Below are positions 1 to 11,200 of a stretch of 29,520 nucleotides of DNA, piece by piece. The position numbers and the translations under genes were made by a program. The notes beneath the pieces were generated by a model. It saw nothing but the letters and a program-made list of their open reading frames with translations, did no database searches and was not told where the DNA came from. Every line of letters begins with the position of its first letter. Positions within the stretch are counted from its first letter, which is position 1. Source of the DNA: a virus (lineage: Duplodnaviria > Caudoviricetes); the IMG/VR virus record IMGVR_UViG_3300017646_000100, positions 1-29,520 of that record, one strand, 5' to 3'.

Positions 1-163
1 CGGCGAACCATCACAGGCCCGAGTAGATAGCAGCCTCCTCCAAGCCGCGAAGGCTGGAGCACAAGGCGCGAGGGTGAATAAGCTTGACCGCGAGGGGTTC
101 GCGGCGAGTGGAGCCAAGCTCCCCGAAAGGAACCCTTATCGAAACAACACGCGCCGATCAAAC

Positions 164-1861
164 TCATTCTCCCGATGATCTTGCGGGCGTCGAGAGTAAA
201 TACGCAAACTGTTGTCGGATAAGCTTTTTCCGCTCGACCACGAAGTCCTCGAACCGCTCCATCTTCCATAGGTCCGGGTCCGACGGAATCATGTGCATTT
301 CGAGGTATGCCCGATCTTTGCCGGCGAACCACTGGATCGGGGGTGTGTCGCTCTTGCCGCCAGCTCCGTTCTCTTGCTGGGTTAACAACATGCAATTTGC
401 GAGCTGATTGCGTTCCGCATCTCTGTACTTCGTCAGGTCTTTCCGCCCAGTTCGCGGGTTGACTTCCTTCACCTTGCGGAGGGCGCTCTGCGGGAAGATA
501 TGGTCCACCTGCGGCAAATTGTTCTCGTAGGCGGGGGTGTAGTTGAAGTCTCGATACCAGAGGTTGAACAGCAGATGCACGGTGTCTGACCCGTATCCCA
601 TTTGCCAGAACCGATCCTCGGTCAACTCAAGGCTTCGCCCTTTGGAACGAATGACGTCGAATAGTTCATCGATGTCGAAACCACCCAGTTGTTTGATTTT
701 GGCAACGAGATCATCGATCAACTGATCTGGTGTGCCGCTGAAGGCCCCAGCCAACAACGAACGCAAGAGGAATCGATCCACTTCCCTCGCCTGTTTCCAG
801 GCCTGCGGGAAGTGATAACGCACATAGATCAACGGGATCAGGACCAGGTTCGACGGCATCGCCTTGTCGCACCGGATGAATGTCTTGCCGCGCACGAAGT
901 CAATCACATCACGGATGGCCTTGGAGATGTCATCCCACTTGTCCTCGATCTCGTCTCTGACACCAGGCTTGCGGAACTTATTCACCTCATACCTAGCCCC
1001 TTGACCAAGGAGCGTGAGGCACGTTTTCAGAACAAAGTCGCGCGGGAACGAGAAGCCATGCTGGTTCAACTGGGATAGCAGATCCTCCATCTCCTCGTCG
1101 GCGTGATCCCAGCTAGAGGTCAGAAGAGAAAACAGCAGATCTGACTTTCCCAGTCGCGTCCCGCCAGAATTTGCACGGATGAAGACCTCGACCACATCTT
1201 CTTCGGAATACAAATCCTTGTTCTCGATGCTGTCCAATTCCTGGTACGCGATGCCATCGTCGGAATGGAACGTTTTGAAGATCAGGGCGACGTGCTCCGA
1301 CACCTTATTCTGTTCATCCTCGGTGAGTTCGCGCCCCGCACCGCGAATGATCTGCTGGGCGAGCACCAGGGAGGTCTTTGGACTGAAAACCAAATCCTTG
1401 AACTTGATCCACGGAAACTGGGCCGTAGCGCCGTCCAAGAAGCCAAACTTGTACTTCACATCGTCGGGGGCAGCTACCTCGCCGCTGAGAATATCGATGT
1501 GCAGTTCGCGGCCTTCGTAGCTACCGCACAGGCCGATATACAAGCTTTGCAGCCGCTGCTGCCCGTCGAGCACCAGACATTTCTTCTTGTCGTCCTCGGG
1601 AACGTAGAAGTCCGTTAGCCGCGTCAGCAAGCCACGGTGGAAGTTGTCGATGAACTTGCGTCGCCTAATCGGACTCCGCGTTTTCCAGATCAACAACGTG
1701 CTGATCGGGTACTCCCGCAGGATTGAATCGAACAGGCGACAAATCTGTTCCTCGCTCCAGACGAACGGACGCTGAATGTTCGGCAGCCAGAACCCGCCTT
1801 CCTCTTCGGGATTGTTGAGGAAGGTGACGATCTTGCGGAGCGAGTGCTTGGGGGTCTTCAT
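164..1861 (-). CDS. DUF262 + HNH (DUF1524-like) protein, fused GmrSD-type (type IV) restriction endonuclease
   Basis: 565 aa. N-terminal LPNIQRPFVW, LVLDGQQRL and FIRANSGG motifs of DUF262/GmrS. C-terminal VDHIFPQ...LANCMLLTQQEN HNH-like motif. Confidence 0.85.
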   Translation of the reverse strand: MKTPKHSLRKIVTFLNNPEEEGGFWLPNIQRPFVWSEEQICRLFDSILREYPISTLLIWKTRSPIRRRKFIDNFHRGLLTRLTDFYVPEDDKKKCLVLDGQQRLQSLYIGLCGSYEGRELHIDILSGEVAAPDDVKYKFGFLDGATAQFPWIKFKDLVFSPKTSLVLAQQIIRGAGRELTEDEQNKVSEHVALIFKTFHSDDGIAYQELDSIENKDLYSEEDVVEVFIRANSGGTRLGKSDLLFSLLTSSWDHADEEMEDLLSQLNQHGFSFPRDFVLKTCLTLLGQGARYEVNKFRKPGVRDEIEDKWDDISKAIRDVIDFVRGKTFIRCDKAMPSNLVLIPLIYVRYHFPQAWKQAREVDRFLLRSLLAGAFSGTPDQLIDDLVAKIKQLGGFDIDELFDVIRSKGRSLELTEDRFWQMGYGSDTVHLLFNLWYRDFNYTPAYENNLPQVDHIFPQSALRKVKEVNPRTGRKDLTKYRDAERNQLANCMLLTQQENGAGGKSDTPPIQWFAGKDRAYLEMHMIPSDPDLWKMERFEDFVVERKKLIRQQFAYLLSTPARSSGE

Positions 1862-1935
1862 GGGCCGTAACCGAGAACAATTTTGGAGAATATTTTTTCA
1901 GGTCGAACGTCTCATTTCGTTGCGTACTGGTTGAT

Positions 1936-4887
1936 TCAACTCGTCCCAACCTCATCATCCAGCCCCAACTCCCGCAGGGCGGACTTCGTCTCATTCGCTT
2001 TGGCGTCGGCCTGTTCGCGGTCCACTTTGACCTCGAAGCTGACCTCCAATTTCAGGTCCGGCGTCGTTGCGTACTTGCTGAGCACCTTGGTGTAGAAGTT
2101 CATCCACTTCTGCGGCGGGACCGTGCCGCGCCAGCGAATGTAACGCTCGCCGGGCGGCGGTGGCGGCGGCGGTTGTTCGTCTTTGGTGGTGATCCGCACC
2201 TCGGCCAACGCTTCGTGGCCAGCTGCGGTCGCCTTGACCGTGAACGCTCCTCCGTGGTCGGCGGCGGTAAACAGACCGCTGGCGTCAATCGACCCACCCG
2301 TGGCCGTCCAGGCAACCGCTCCGGTCGCAATCGGCTGATCGTACTGATCGATGGCCGTGCAGGTGAACGAAGCCTGATCGCCGACCTTCACCACGACATG
2401 CTCCGGCCGCACAACCAATTGAGCCACATACGGCGGCTCGCGGAGCTTCTGGGCTTCGTCGGGCTTCAGGATGAACACATCGTCAGAGATTTCCACGTCG
2501 GCGTCGAACAGGCTCTCCTTCAACCGTTCCAGCTTTAGCCGCCCGGCGGCGTCCTTGGTCGCATAGCCGATCAGGCCCTGGGTCACGCCATCGGCAATCG
2601 TGCGTTTGATCTGCTCGGGGTTAAGGAGTCGCGGCAACAATGGCGACGAATAAAACGCATCTCGCACCGCCTTGGTCGACCACTCGTTGAGCGACGCCGG
2701 CCAATAGGCGGGCAGCTTGCGGGCAGGCACTGACTCGACGATTTCGTCCAGCCCACCGCTCGAACCGAGCCGCTGCAAATACGTCTCCACCAGACTTCCG
2801 GCGGAACTGGATGTGATGTTGCCCAGGTCGATATGCCGCAGCTTGTTCTGCTTGTCGAGCAGGTAAAGATGCTTGTACGCCCGAAAGATCGCCTCGTCGA
2901 GATCGCGCTGCGCGTTCTTGAGGTTGCGCTTCAGCAGGTTCAACTGACCTTCGTCGATTCGCTTCTTCGTTTCCTCGTCGTCCTCAATGTCCTCCCAGGC
3001 CAACACCTCGCGGGCCTTCTCGCGGATGTTCTCGCTAGGGTCGGCGACGGCGAAGATCAGCGCCGATTTGAAGGTCCGCCCGCTGGTGCCACTGTCGCGG
3101 ACAATCGTTTCCATCAATTCCCGCGTTACTCGCTCCTCGGCCAGATGGTCGAGCGACATCACCACCAACGTAATACGCGGGACTTCCTTAACGTCATTGC
3201 TGCGTCTTGGGAAAAACTCGCGTTCCAGAAACTTGCAGCTATCGGAAGAGTTCTTGCGAAACAATTCTTCCGTCCGCTTGCGGATGCGATCCTCTATTGC
3301 TTTGTCTTGCACGCTGCCGCGACGGCTCACCAACACCTGATTCAAATTCGGCGCTAGCCCAAAGCGATACCGGTTGCGTTCCCATTGCAGATAGAAGCAC
3401 GCCCCCGCCAAACCTTCGAGCGCCGTATCGACGTCGGCCGTGTTTACATCCGGCCCGCAGACGTTGGTCTTGATCTCCGGCAACGAGGCTTCGGCGCGGG
3501 CTTGGCTCTGGCCGCCGTTCGACTCGAAGAAGATTGTCGTCGCCACCTTGCGATGGAGCTGCGCCTTCTTGATCGCGTCGGTCGCCTCCTTGTCGAGCCG
3601 CAGGCTGTGTGACTCGCTGGTCTTGCCGGTGATGTCGGCCGTTACCGGAATTTCCAGTTCCGATGATCCAAGTTGCTCGAAGACCGCGGCCCGAAACAGC
3701 GGGTTGTCCAACGGCGCAAGCCCCAGCGTGATCAGCGGCTCCTGGGTATTCTTACGATGTTCCTCTTGATAGTTGTGGGCCACCCATAGTGCCAAAAGCC
3801 GCAACACACCGCGTGTCCGCTGGAAACGCGGCAGGCTTTGCCACTTGCGCTCGAAGACCGAAATCACCGAGGGATGGAACGGGTAGCACGACTTGAACTG
3901 CTCGTACACGGCATCGCGATCCACGCCAGCCAATTCCTGTGCATGATCGGCCGCCCATTCGGCATAGGCTGAGATCGTCGCCAAGGCATCCTTGCTCAGC
4001 CCCTCCCACTCGAACAACCGGCGTCGGATGATCTCCTGCATCTCGCGGTCGGCCGACATCAGAATCGCCTTGCCCGTCCGGTCGCACAGCTTCTTAATCG
4101 AATCGTGGTCCCGCTGGTCGTCGGGGTTCATTTCCAGATCGGAACGCGGGATCGAGATGCACAGCGCCAGGTTGTTTCGGGCGCGGGCCTCTTCGCACAG
4201 GTTTTGCAGGAAGTTGAAGAACTGGTCGCGCAGGCCCAGCTTGCGCCCGCTGCTGATGTAGTTGAGCAGCTCGTCCATCAGGATCAGCGTCGGGCCCGAC
4301 GGCAGCATCTCCCGTAGCACGTCGCCGGCGGGCGAGACGCCTTGTTCGTCGTGCTGGGCTACCTTGGCGAATGCCTCGGGGCCACCCAACTGCCAGGCGA
4401 TCTCGCCCCAGGCGGTCTTGCGAGTCGGTTCGCCGTCCCCCTTGCGTCCGGTGATGGCGTCGAACTCCGTTCCCACGAACACGGCGGTGCGCGCCTTGGG
4501 CACGGTGCTGACGCCGGCCTTGTCAAGAATCCGGTTCACCCCTTTCCAGGTCTTGGCCTCGTCGCCATGCCCGGCCAGATGATACAGCGTGGTCAGCGCG
4601 TGCGTTTTGCCGCCGCCGAACTGCGTGGCCATGTTGAACACGGCCGACGTTTCAAGCTGAATGCCGCTGAGCCGGCGCACGACCTGCGACGACAATTCCA
4701 GCAAACTGCCCGTCAAATAGGTGCGCTCGAAGAACCGGGCCGGGTCGGTGTAGTCCTTCGACACCGTATCGCGGCCGGTGCGGATGTGGTCCAGGTGAAC
4801 CGCGAACTCGGACGCTTCCAACGGCCGATTCTCCCGCAAGTCTTCGCGGGGTGTGACAACTTGATACCAAGGTTTCAGCTTCGCCAT
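1936..4887 (-). CDS. DUF499 family AAA+ ATPase with an Ig-like domain near the C-terminus
   Basis: 983 aa. KPWYQVVTPREDL start, SEFAVHL, Walker A TQFGGGKTH, Walker B LILMDE, YPFHP and FQRTRGVLRLLA, all typical of DUF499. A beta-rich Ig-like segment precedes a poly-Pro linker. Confidence 0.85.
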   Translation of the reverse strand: MAKLKPWYQVVTPREDLRENRPLEASEFAVHLDHIRTGRDTVSKDYTDPARFFERTYLTGSLLELSSQVVRRLSGIQLETSAVFNMATQFGGGKTHALTTLYHLAGHGDEAKTWKGVNRILDKAGVSTVPKARTAVFVGTEFDAITGRKGDGEPTRKTAWGEIAWQLGGPEAFAKVAQHDEQGVSPAGDVLREMLPSGPTLILMDELLNYISSGRKLGLRDQFFNFLQNLCEEARARNNLALCISIPRSDLEMNPDDQRDHDSIKKLCDRTGKAILMSADREMQEIIRRRLFEWEGLSKDALATISAYAEWAADHAQELAGVDRDAVYEQFKSCYPFHPSVISVFERKWQSLPRFQRTRGVLRLLALWVAHNYQEEHRKNTQEPLITLGLAPLDNPLFRAAVFEQLGSSELEIPVTADITGKTSESHSLRLDKEATDAIKKAQLHRKVATTIFFESNGGQSQARAEASLPEIKTNVCGPDVNTADVDTALEGLAGACFYLQWERNRYRFGLAPNLNQVLVSRRGSVQDKAIEDRIRKRTEELFRKNSSDSCKFLEREFFPRRSNDVKEVPRITLVVMSLDHLAEERVTRELMETIVRDSGTSGRTFKSALIFAVADPSENIREKAREVLAWEDIEDDEETKKRIDEGQLNLLKRNLKNAQRDLDEAIFRAYKHLYLLDKQNKLRHIDLGNITSSSAGSLVETYLQRLGSSGGLDEIVESVPARKLPAYWPASLNEWSTKAVRDAFYSSPLLPRLLNPEQIKRTIADGVTQGLIGYATKDAAGRLKLERLKESLFDADVEISDDVFILKPDEAQKLREPPYVAQLVVRPEHVVVKVGDQASFTCTAIDQYDQPIATGAVAWTATGGSIDASGLFTAADHGGAFTVKATAAGHEALAEVRITTKDEQPPPPPPPGERYIRWRGTVPPQKWMNFYTKVLSKYATTPDLKLEVSFEVKVDREQADAKANETKSALRELGLDDEVGTS

Positions 4888-4889
4888 TG

Positions 4890-7800
4890 TTACAGTCCCA
4901 GCCCTTTCTTCCGCGCGAGCACGCCTTCCACCCAGCGGCGTTCGTCGGTGCCGGGCGGATAGAGTTTGTTGAGGTTGTCGGCCAGTTTCCAGAAACGGGC
5001 GTCCTTGCCGATGCCGTCTTCGACAAGAAAGCGTTTGAGGAGTTCACCGCGGTTGGCGGCGAAGAGGATCATCGCTTGGTGGACGCGGTCGAGGACGGTG
5101 GCTCCGGCCGGCGGGCCTTTGATGGCGGTCCAACCGGCATCGGCCGCTTCGGCGTCCTCGAGTTCGGCGAACAGCGTTTTTTGTTGGGGCTTCTTTTTGC
5201 GCCCCTTGCCCGCCGCTCCAGCTTCGGTCCCCTTGCCGAACAAGTAGGTCGTTCGTTCGGCGACGGGGAGCAGTCGGGCCTTGTCTCCCTTGATCTCGAC
5301 GAGCGATTCGCATTGCTCCAGATGCACGCCCAGCCCCTGGGCGATCTTGCGGGCGGCATCGTATTCGAGCAGGAAGCCGCCGGCTGCTTTTCCCTTCCCG
5401 CCGCTCGGCGTTTCTTCATCGTCACTGTCGCCGGCCGATTCTTCGTCCTCCACCGACTCATCGGCAGCAGACTTCTTTCCGTTACCGTTCGTTCCGCCAC
5501 CGCCAAGCGTCCACAGCCACATGGCGCTCAACCGGGCATCTGGTTCGAGGCCGGCCGCGTTGGCGTCTTTGAAGATCAACGATAGGGCCTCGGTGGAAAC
5601 GGCGGCCCAGACGTGTTCAAGGTATTCGCGGAGTGTCGCCTCTTCGCCGTTGGCCTTCTCCACCCGGCTATACCGACTAAACACTTCCAGTGCCGGCCCT
5701 AGACACGCGAAAATGGCATCCGCTCCAACCACGCCCTCGGCCGCAAGCCTCGGCATCCATTCGTGAATCCGTTTCGGAAGTTCAACGAGAATGTCTCGCC
5801 ACTCACCGGCCAATTCGGTAATTGTCCCACTCGCGTCCTCGCGCGGGCGGCAGACGAGATGGACCGACGACGCCAGCCGCGCCTGCCCTTGGGCGGCGAC
5901 ACGGGTTTCCATCTCGGTGTCAATGGGCCACGAGCCGGTGATGACCCAGCCGGCATCGACGACTGCCTTGAGGATCGCCTCCCACGACGCAGTGGTCTTG
6001 CTGGCGAATACGATAGTGCCGATGCCGTCGGGACGCGTGAGGCGGCGGCCTTCGCCAAATGCCTTCGTCAATTCGCGCTCGTAGAACGCGATGTCCTTCG
6101 TGCTCTGGCTGAGCTTATGCGGGCGATCAACGACAATCTCGGCGTCCTTAGGTACGCCTCCATCGCGGAAGAGGGCGGGATGGACATTGGCGAGCGTGCG
6201 ACGCATCCAGACATAGAAGAAGTCGGAGAGATAAGCATAGGGAACAGCATCGTAGTACGGCGGATCGGTAACAAAAGCCGCAGCCGAATCGTCGGGTAGC
6301 GGATGATGCGTCGCTGAGGCTTGTTCGACGTGGCCTGGATTACAGAAGTCTACGTCGGTTGAACCGATTGCCTTAAGTACACCTTCGACTCCGTTCCAGA
6401 AGTCTCGCGTCGCGCCACTCCAAGGATTTACTTCCGCAAAATCCCACACCATACCAATAGCTTGTCGACCGAATAAATGCCCAATATCCAGGCTCGTTGG
6501 CCGCCATGCGCAGTTCGCGCAGTTCGCATCAGCATGCTTAGTTACTGCCATGCTCAAGCACGTCTGCACCGCTTCCGCAAGTCCTGCATCAGCAGAGTCT
6601 GAAATTCGATCACCTAACTCACGTACCAACCGCGCAAGCGTCGTCAGGGCCAATGCCTGCCGAGGCGAAAACAGATCGCCCCAACGCTCCATTCCATAGA
6701 TTGGTACGCTCACTCGGCGCAGCTCATTGAGTGAAATCTTCTCGTCGGGCACTAGACTCCTGCGGCTTTGCTGCTCATCTTCGGCTCTCTCGCTCTCGCG
6801 TCGGCCCTTAGTCGCCCGCGATGTTCCATCTTCTTTCTCTCGCCGCTCTAGTTCAGCCGCCGCGCGTCCGATAGCACTCTCATCAGCCTTGGTCGGTGAA
6901 CGGAAGAAACGGCCCAACTCCTGCCATTCCTCAAAGTGCGCCTTGCGGCCAGTATAACGCTGGGTCACAAGCGTCGTTACCACCGCAAGCAGTCGCGCGT
7001 CGGCCGCGCCTCCTCGGCGTTTCTTCAATTGTGCGCGAACGGAATCGACCTTCGTGGTGTAGGCTGTGACCGGGCAGGTGACGCTGCCACGCGCGACGGT
7101 GCCCGGCGGAACTTCGCTGTCCCGCTTCGGCTGAAAGACCTCCAACAAAGGCCGCTTCACTTTGCAGAGGATTTGCTGACCGTCTTCGTAATGGATGATC
7201 TCAACGGTCTCGGTCTTGACCTGGCCTGCATCGTCACGGACCCAGCGCAGCGCCACTTTGCTCCCTGTCTTTTTCGACAGCCAAAACGAACGCATGAGCG
7301 GCACCTCGACGGGAATTGCTCCCTGGCCGGGTGCTTCGGAAAGGATCGTGCGTGCCCACAGATAGGCAATCGGTGTTTCCCGCTCGACGCGGTCCAAGCA
7401 CCACGTCGCGTTGTCCTTTTGCCGTTTGATCTTGTCTTTTGGCTGCGGATAGTAGGCGTCGAGATTGACCTGTTGCGGCGGATAGAACTCGGCTAATTCC
7501 TTCTCCGCCTGCTCCTTGATCCACGCGCCCCACTTGCGGACTTCATCGGCGAGCTGCTGGCCGTACTTGGGGATGTACTCCAATACGACTTTGTTCAGTA
7601 GCACAGGAATCGGGTTCAGATCGCTGGCGAACGCATCGGCCCCGACACGAAGTGCTTCGAGCGGAATGCTGCCGCCGCCGGCGAACGGATCGACCACGAG
7701 CGGCCGCGTGCCCGATTCGCCGCCAAGCGCTTCGTGTGCCGCCTGCGTGAGGGCGCGGCTCGTCTCCAGATAGGCGGGGACCGTCGAATTGTCCCAGTTG

Positions 7801-8219
7801 GCGAAGTCGGCGATGAAGTCGAGCAGCGCCATTCGCAGGATCGGCATGTCGGTCGGCTGGTTGGCGTCGAGCGTGAGCGTGCCTGCCGCCAGGGCTTCCC
7901 AACGCCCCCGAGCCTCCTCCGAAAGCGTCCTTTTGAGTTGCTGTTCCTCTGCCGTGATCTTGTCGGGGTTCACGCGCTTGGCAAACGCCGTTAGCGCTTC
8001 AATCGCCGCCTGACGAAAAGCCGGCGGACAGAGCGGATCAGCCGGATCGGGCCACAGCGCGGCGCAAATCACCGCGCGGCACGCCGCCAACGGCCGCCGC
8101 GCCCACCAAATGTGCAGCGTGGAAATATGCCCGTGCCGAATCGACTTCTCTCGCCGCGCATGCGCCGAGATGCGGGCGATAGGAAGATCGACTTCGATGA
8201 GGCGTTTGGGATAGTTCAC
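4890..8219 (-). CDS. DUF1156 domain adenine-specific (amino) DNA methyltransferase
   Basis: KRLIEVDLP...HIWWARRPLAACRA DUF1156 signature, SAM motif DPFAGGGSIP and catalytic DPPYY. Start placed at GTG 8219, which overlaps the helicase TGA (GTGA), instead of 8375; about 1109 aa. Confidence 0.87.
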   Translation of the reverse strand: MNYPKRLIEVDLPIARISAHARREKSIRHGHISTLHIWWARRPLAACRAVICAALWPDPADPLCPPAFRQAAIEALTAFAKRVNPDKITAEEQQLKRTLSEEARGRWEALAAGTLTLDANQPTDMPILRMALLDFIADFANWDNSTVPAYLETSRALTQAAHEALGGESGTRPLVVDPFAGGGSIPLEALRVGADAFASDLNPIPVLLNKVVLEYIPKYGQQLADEVRKWGAWIKEQAEKELAEFYPPQQVNLDAYYPQPKDKIKRQKDNATWCLDRVERETPIAYLWARTILSEAPGQGAIPVEVPLMRSFWLSKKTGSKVALRWVRDDAGQVKTETVEIIHYEDGQQILCKVKRPLLEVFQPKRDSEVPPGTVARGSVTCPVTAYTTKVDSVRAQLKKRRGGAADARLLAVVTTLVTQRYTGRKAHFEEWQELGRFFRSPTKADESAIGRAAAELERREKEDGTSRATKGRRESERAEDEQQSRRSLVPDEKISLNELRRVSVPIYGMERWGDLFSPRQALALTTLARLVRELGDRISDSADAGLAEAVQTCLSMAVTKHADANCANCAWRPTSLDIGHLFGRQAIGMVWDFAEVNPWSGATRDFWNGVEGVLKAIGSTDVDFCNPGHVEQASATHHPLPDDSAAAFVTDPPYYDAVPYAYLSDFFYVWMRRTLANVHPALFRDGGVPKDAEIVVDRPHKLSQSTKDIAFYERELTKAFGEGRRLTRPDGIGTIVFASKTTASWEAILKAVVDAGWVITGSWPIDTEMETRVAAQGQARLASSVHLVCRPREDASGTITELAGEWRDILVELPKRIHEWMPRLAAEGVVGADAIFACLGPALEVFSRYSRVEKANGEEATLREYLEHVWAAVSTEALSLIFKDANAAGLEPDARLSAMWLWTLGGGGTNGNGKKSAADESVEDEESAGDSDDEETPSGGKGKAAGGFLLEYDAARKIAQGLGVHLEQCESLVEIKGDKARLLPVAERTTYLFGKGTEAGAAGKGRKKKPQQKTLFAELEDAEAADAGWTAIKGPPAGATVLDRVHQAMILFAANRGELLKRFLVEDGIGKDARFWKLADNLNKLYPPGTDERRWVEGVLARKKGLGL

Positions 8220-11200
8220 GACGTCTTCTGTTCCGTTGATTGGGCCGAGACCACAACTTGCGGTCCGATCTGATAATGTTCCACCGCCATCACCGGCTGC
8301 CAGCCAAGTTGAGCGGGATTTTGAATCGTGTGCATTTGGGGCGTGCCGCCGCAGTTGAACGCGACGTAGAGCCAATAATCGCCCTTGAGCCGAACTGCCG
8401 TTTGGTACTCGTTCGAGCTGAGGGCGACGACGCCCACGCCGGCCCGGCCTTTGACCTCGATGAACCGGACCTCAACGAACGTCTGAGGGTCTTCGGGGTG
8501 CGGGCGGCGGGAGATCAGGTCGAAGCCGCGATTCTCGCTCTCGACGCTTTCCACTACCCAGCCGCGGGCTTCTTCGTGAGCGATGGCTAGTTGAACCGCG
8601 ATCCGTTCGATCTCGTCGTCCCGCACCATCGGGGCAAGCTGCGGGCTGGCGCGTTCGGGATGGGGCACGATCCAGGCTCGGCCCAGATGTGTGATGTCCG
8701 CTACTGCGCAGTGGCGTTCGAGTTCCAGTTCCTTGCGGCGGGTTTCCAGGCGGTTGTTCAGGTCGTCGAGATGCTGCTCGGCCTGCGAGATGATGCCATC
8801 CAGTCCAGTGACCGTCTGGCCTTCGATCTGGCGGTTGAGAAACTCGCCCAGTTGGTTGTTCTGCCGGTCGATCAGCGAATTGAGACTGATCTCCACATGG
8901 CTGGCGATGCGGGCCACCTCCCGCTCGCGGGCCGCCGATTCCTTTCGCACCCACGGCTCGAGCGAATTCTGGTAGAGGAATAGTTCCACCTGGCTGCGGT
9001 CGGGGATCGCTTGTTCCGGGGCGGGCGTACCGAGCGGGGCCGGAGTGATATCGTGCAAGAGCGTCGGTTCGTGGATGCGCATTTCGCCAGTCGGCAAGGT
9101 TTCGATGACGAACAACCGCCGATGCAGGCAATGGCCGCGACCATCCTTGATCGACGCGGCGAAGACGTCGATCAAGCCGGGGGCGCTGCGGTGCAGGTCG
9201 TAGAAGACCGCGCCGCGCCGCAGCGAGTCTTCAGTTCGGCTGACCACATCGGTGCGAACCGTCTCGAACAGCGGATGCCCCGGCGTAACCCATTCAAGCG
9301 TGGGATCGGTGCCCAAGAGGGCTTTGTCGAAGACGATTTTGCCGTATTCGCGCCCCAGACGCCCGAAGCGATCCTCCTGGCGATTACCGATCTCCACCAG
9401 ATGGCGCGGCACCTTGCCCACGCGATAGACGTTACATCGATTCGTGGTTTTTTCTTTGCCGTCGAGCCGCTTGGGCTGTAAACCCGTATCGGGCGCGGCG
9501 GCGATGAAGAACTGTTCGATGACCTCAGGCACCAGCCGCCGCTCTTTGGCTTCGACCGACTTGCCAACGATAGCCGAAAGGTTCAGTTCCTTTTTGGCCA
9601 GCCCTTCAAGGGTCGACTCGGTGATCTGGCGAAACCGTTCGGGACTGACATCGCGGACGATGCGGTCCTGAAGCTGATGCTCGTCCAACTGCCGGGCGTA
9701 CATCTCGCGGAACAGTTTCTCCAGCAGGTTCGACGGGAAGACTTCGCCTACCACATCAAACACCTGGTCGCTGCCGAGGTCTTCGCGGATCTCCTTGAGC
9801 CGTTCAATGAGCTTTTGTAATACCCGCCCTTCGCGGGTGTTCTGAGCGACGAAGTTGAAGACGACGCAATTCTTCTCCTGGCCGTAACGGTGGATGCGCC
9901 CAACGCGCTGTTCGAGACGAACGGGGTTCCAGGGAATATCGAAGTTGACCATCAACCAGCAGAATTGCAGGTTGATGCCTTCTCCGGCCGCTTCGGTGGC
10001 CACCAGCACTTGGGCCGACTCGCGGAACTCGCGTTCGGCATAAATGCGAGTTCCGGGCGTATCGCGGTCGCCGATTTTCATACCTCCGTGAATCTGCGTG
10101 AGGGTTAGCCCCCATTCGCGCAGCTTGCCGAGCGGACGCTCGTCGCGACCGTCGCCGGCGAGATAGTCGAGCGTGTCCTTATGCTCGGTGAAGATTAGCA
10201 GCTTCATCCGCGGGTTATCGAAGATGCCTTCTTCCTTGAGGATCGCCTTGAGCTTAAGCAGCTTCGTCTGGATGTCGCGTTCTTCGAGCTGCTTGGCCTG
10301 AACCACGAGCTGCGTCAGTCGCCCGATTTCTTCTCGCAGCGCGGCTGGATCGACCGACAAGACTTCGTCTTCGAGGCGGTCGATGAGCGCTTGGCGTTCT
10401 TCTTCGGTGAGATCCTCGAAGTCTTCGGGGAGCTTGCGTTCGATTTGTTCCTGGCGATAGGCGTCGGGATCGTCGAGGATTTTCTGGCGACGCGCCCGCA
10501 TGCGTTCGAGGCTGCGCCGCACGGCATAGACCGACGAAGCCATGCGTCGCTGCAACATGGCCATCGTGAAACCGACCGCCCGAGCGCGGGCTGTCTCCTG
10601 GCCAGCTGCGGCCATCGATTGGTCTTCCACGTAACGCGTGAGTTCGTCGTAGAAGTCGAGTTCCTCGCCGTCGAGATCGAACGCTGCGGTGCGGACCTCA
10701 CGCTTAGTGAAGAGCTTGCGAACTTCGCCCGTGTCGGGCGCGGGAAATGTCACCAGCGCTTCTTTGGTACGCCGCAGGTAGAACGGGGCCTCATGGTCGC
10801 GCAGCGCCTGCTGAAGGCTTTGGATGCTGCCGTAGACATCGGGATCGAGCAGCGCCAGGAACCGCCGAAAATGATCGGGGTCGCCTTTGTGAGGCGTCGC
10901 CGTCATCAGCAGATAGTGGTCGGTCATCTTGGAGAGCGCTTCGCCCAGGCGGTAGGCGTAGGTCTTCCGGTCGTCCGCCGGAGCACTCATCTTGTGCGCT
11001 TCGTCCACGATGACGAGATCCCACTGCGACCGCAGCAGGCTTTCGCGGGCGTCCTCGATGATCGACACCCAGGAAACCGAAGTGATAACCTGATCGCGTT
11101 CTTGCCAGGGGTTCTGGCCGTAGTTGGCGCGCAGCACATCGCCGCGAATGACGTCGAACTTCTCTCGGAACTTGTCGGAGAGTTCGCGTTGCCACTGGAA

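Noticed and set aside
8220-8375. Longer 5' end of the methylase ORF
   Set aside because: It overlaps the helicase C-terminus; family similarity starts at GTG 8219.
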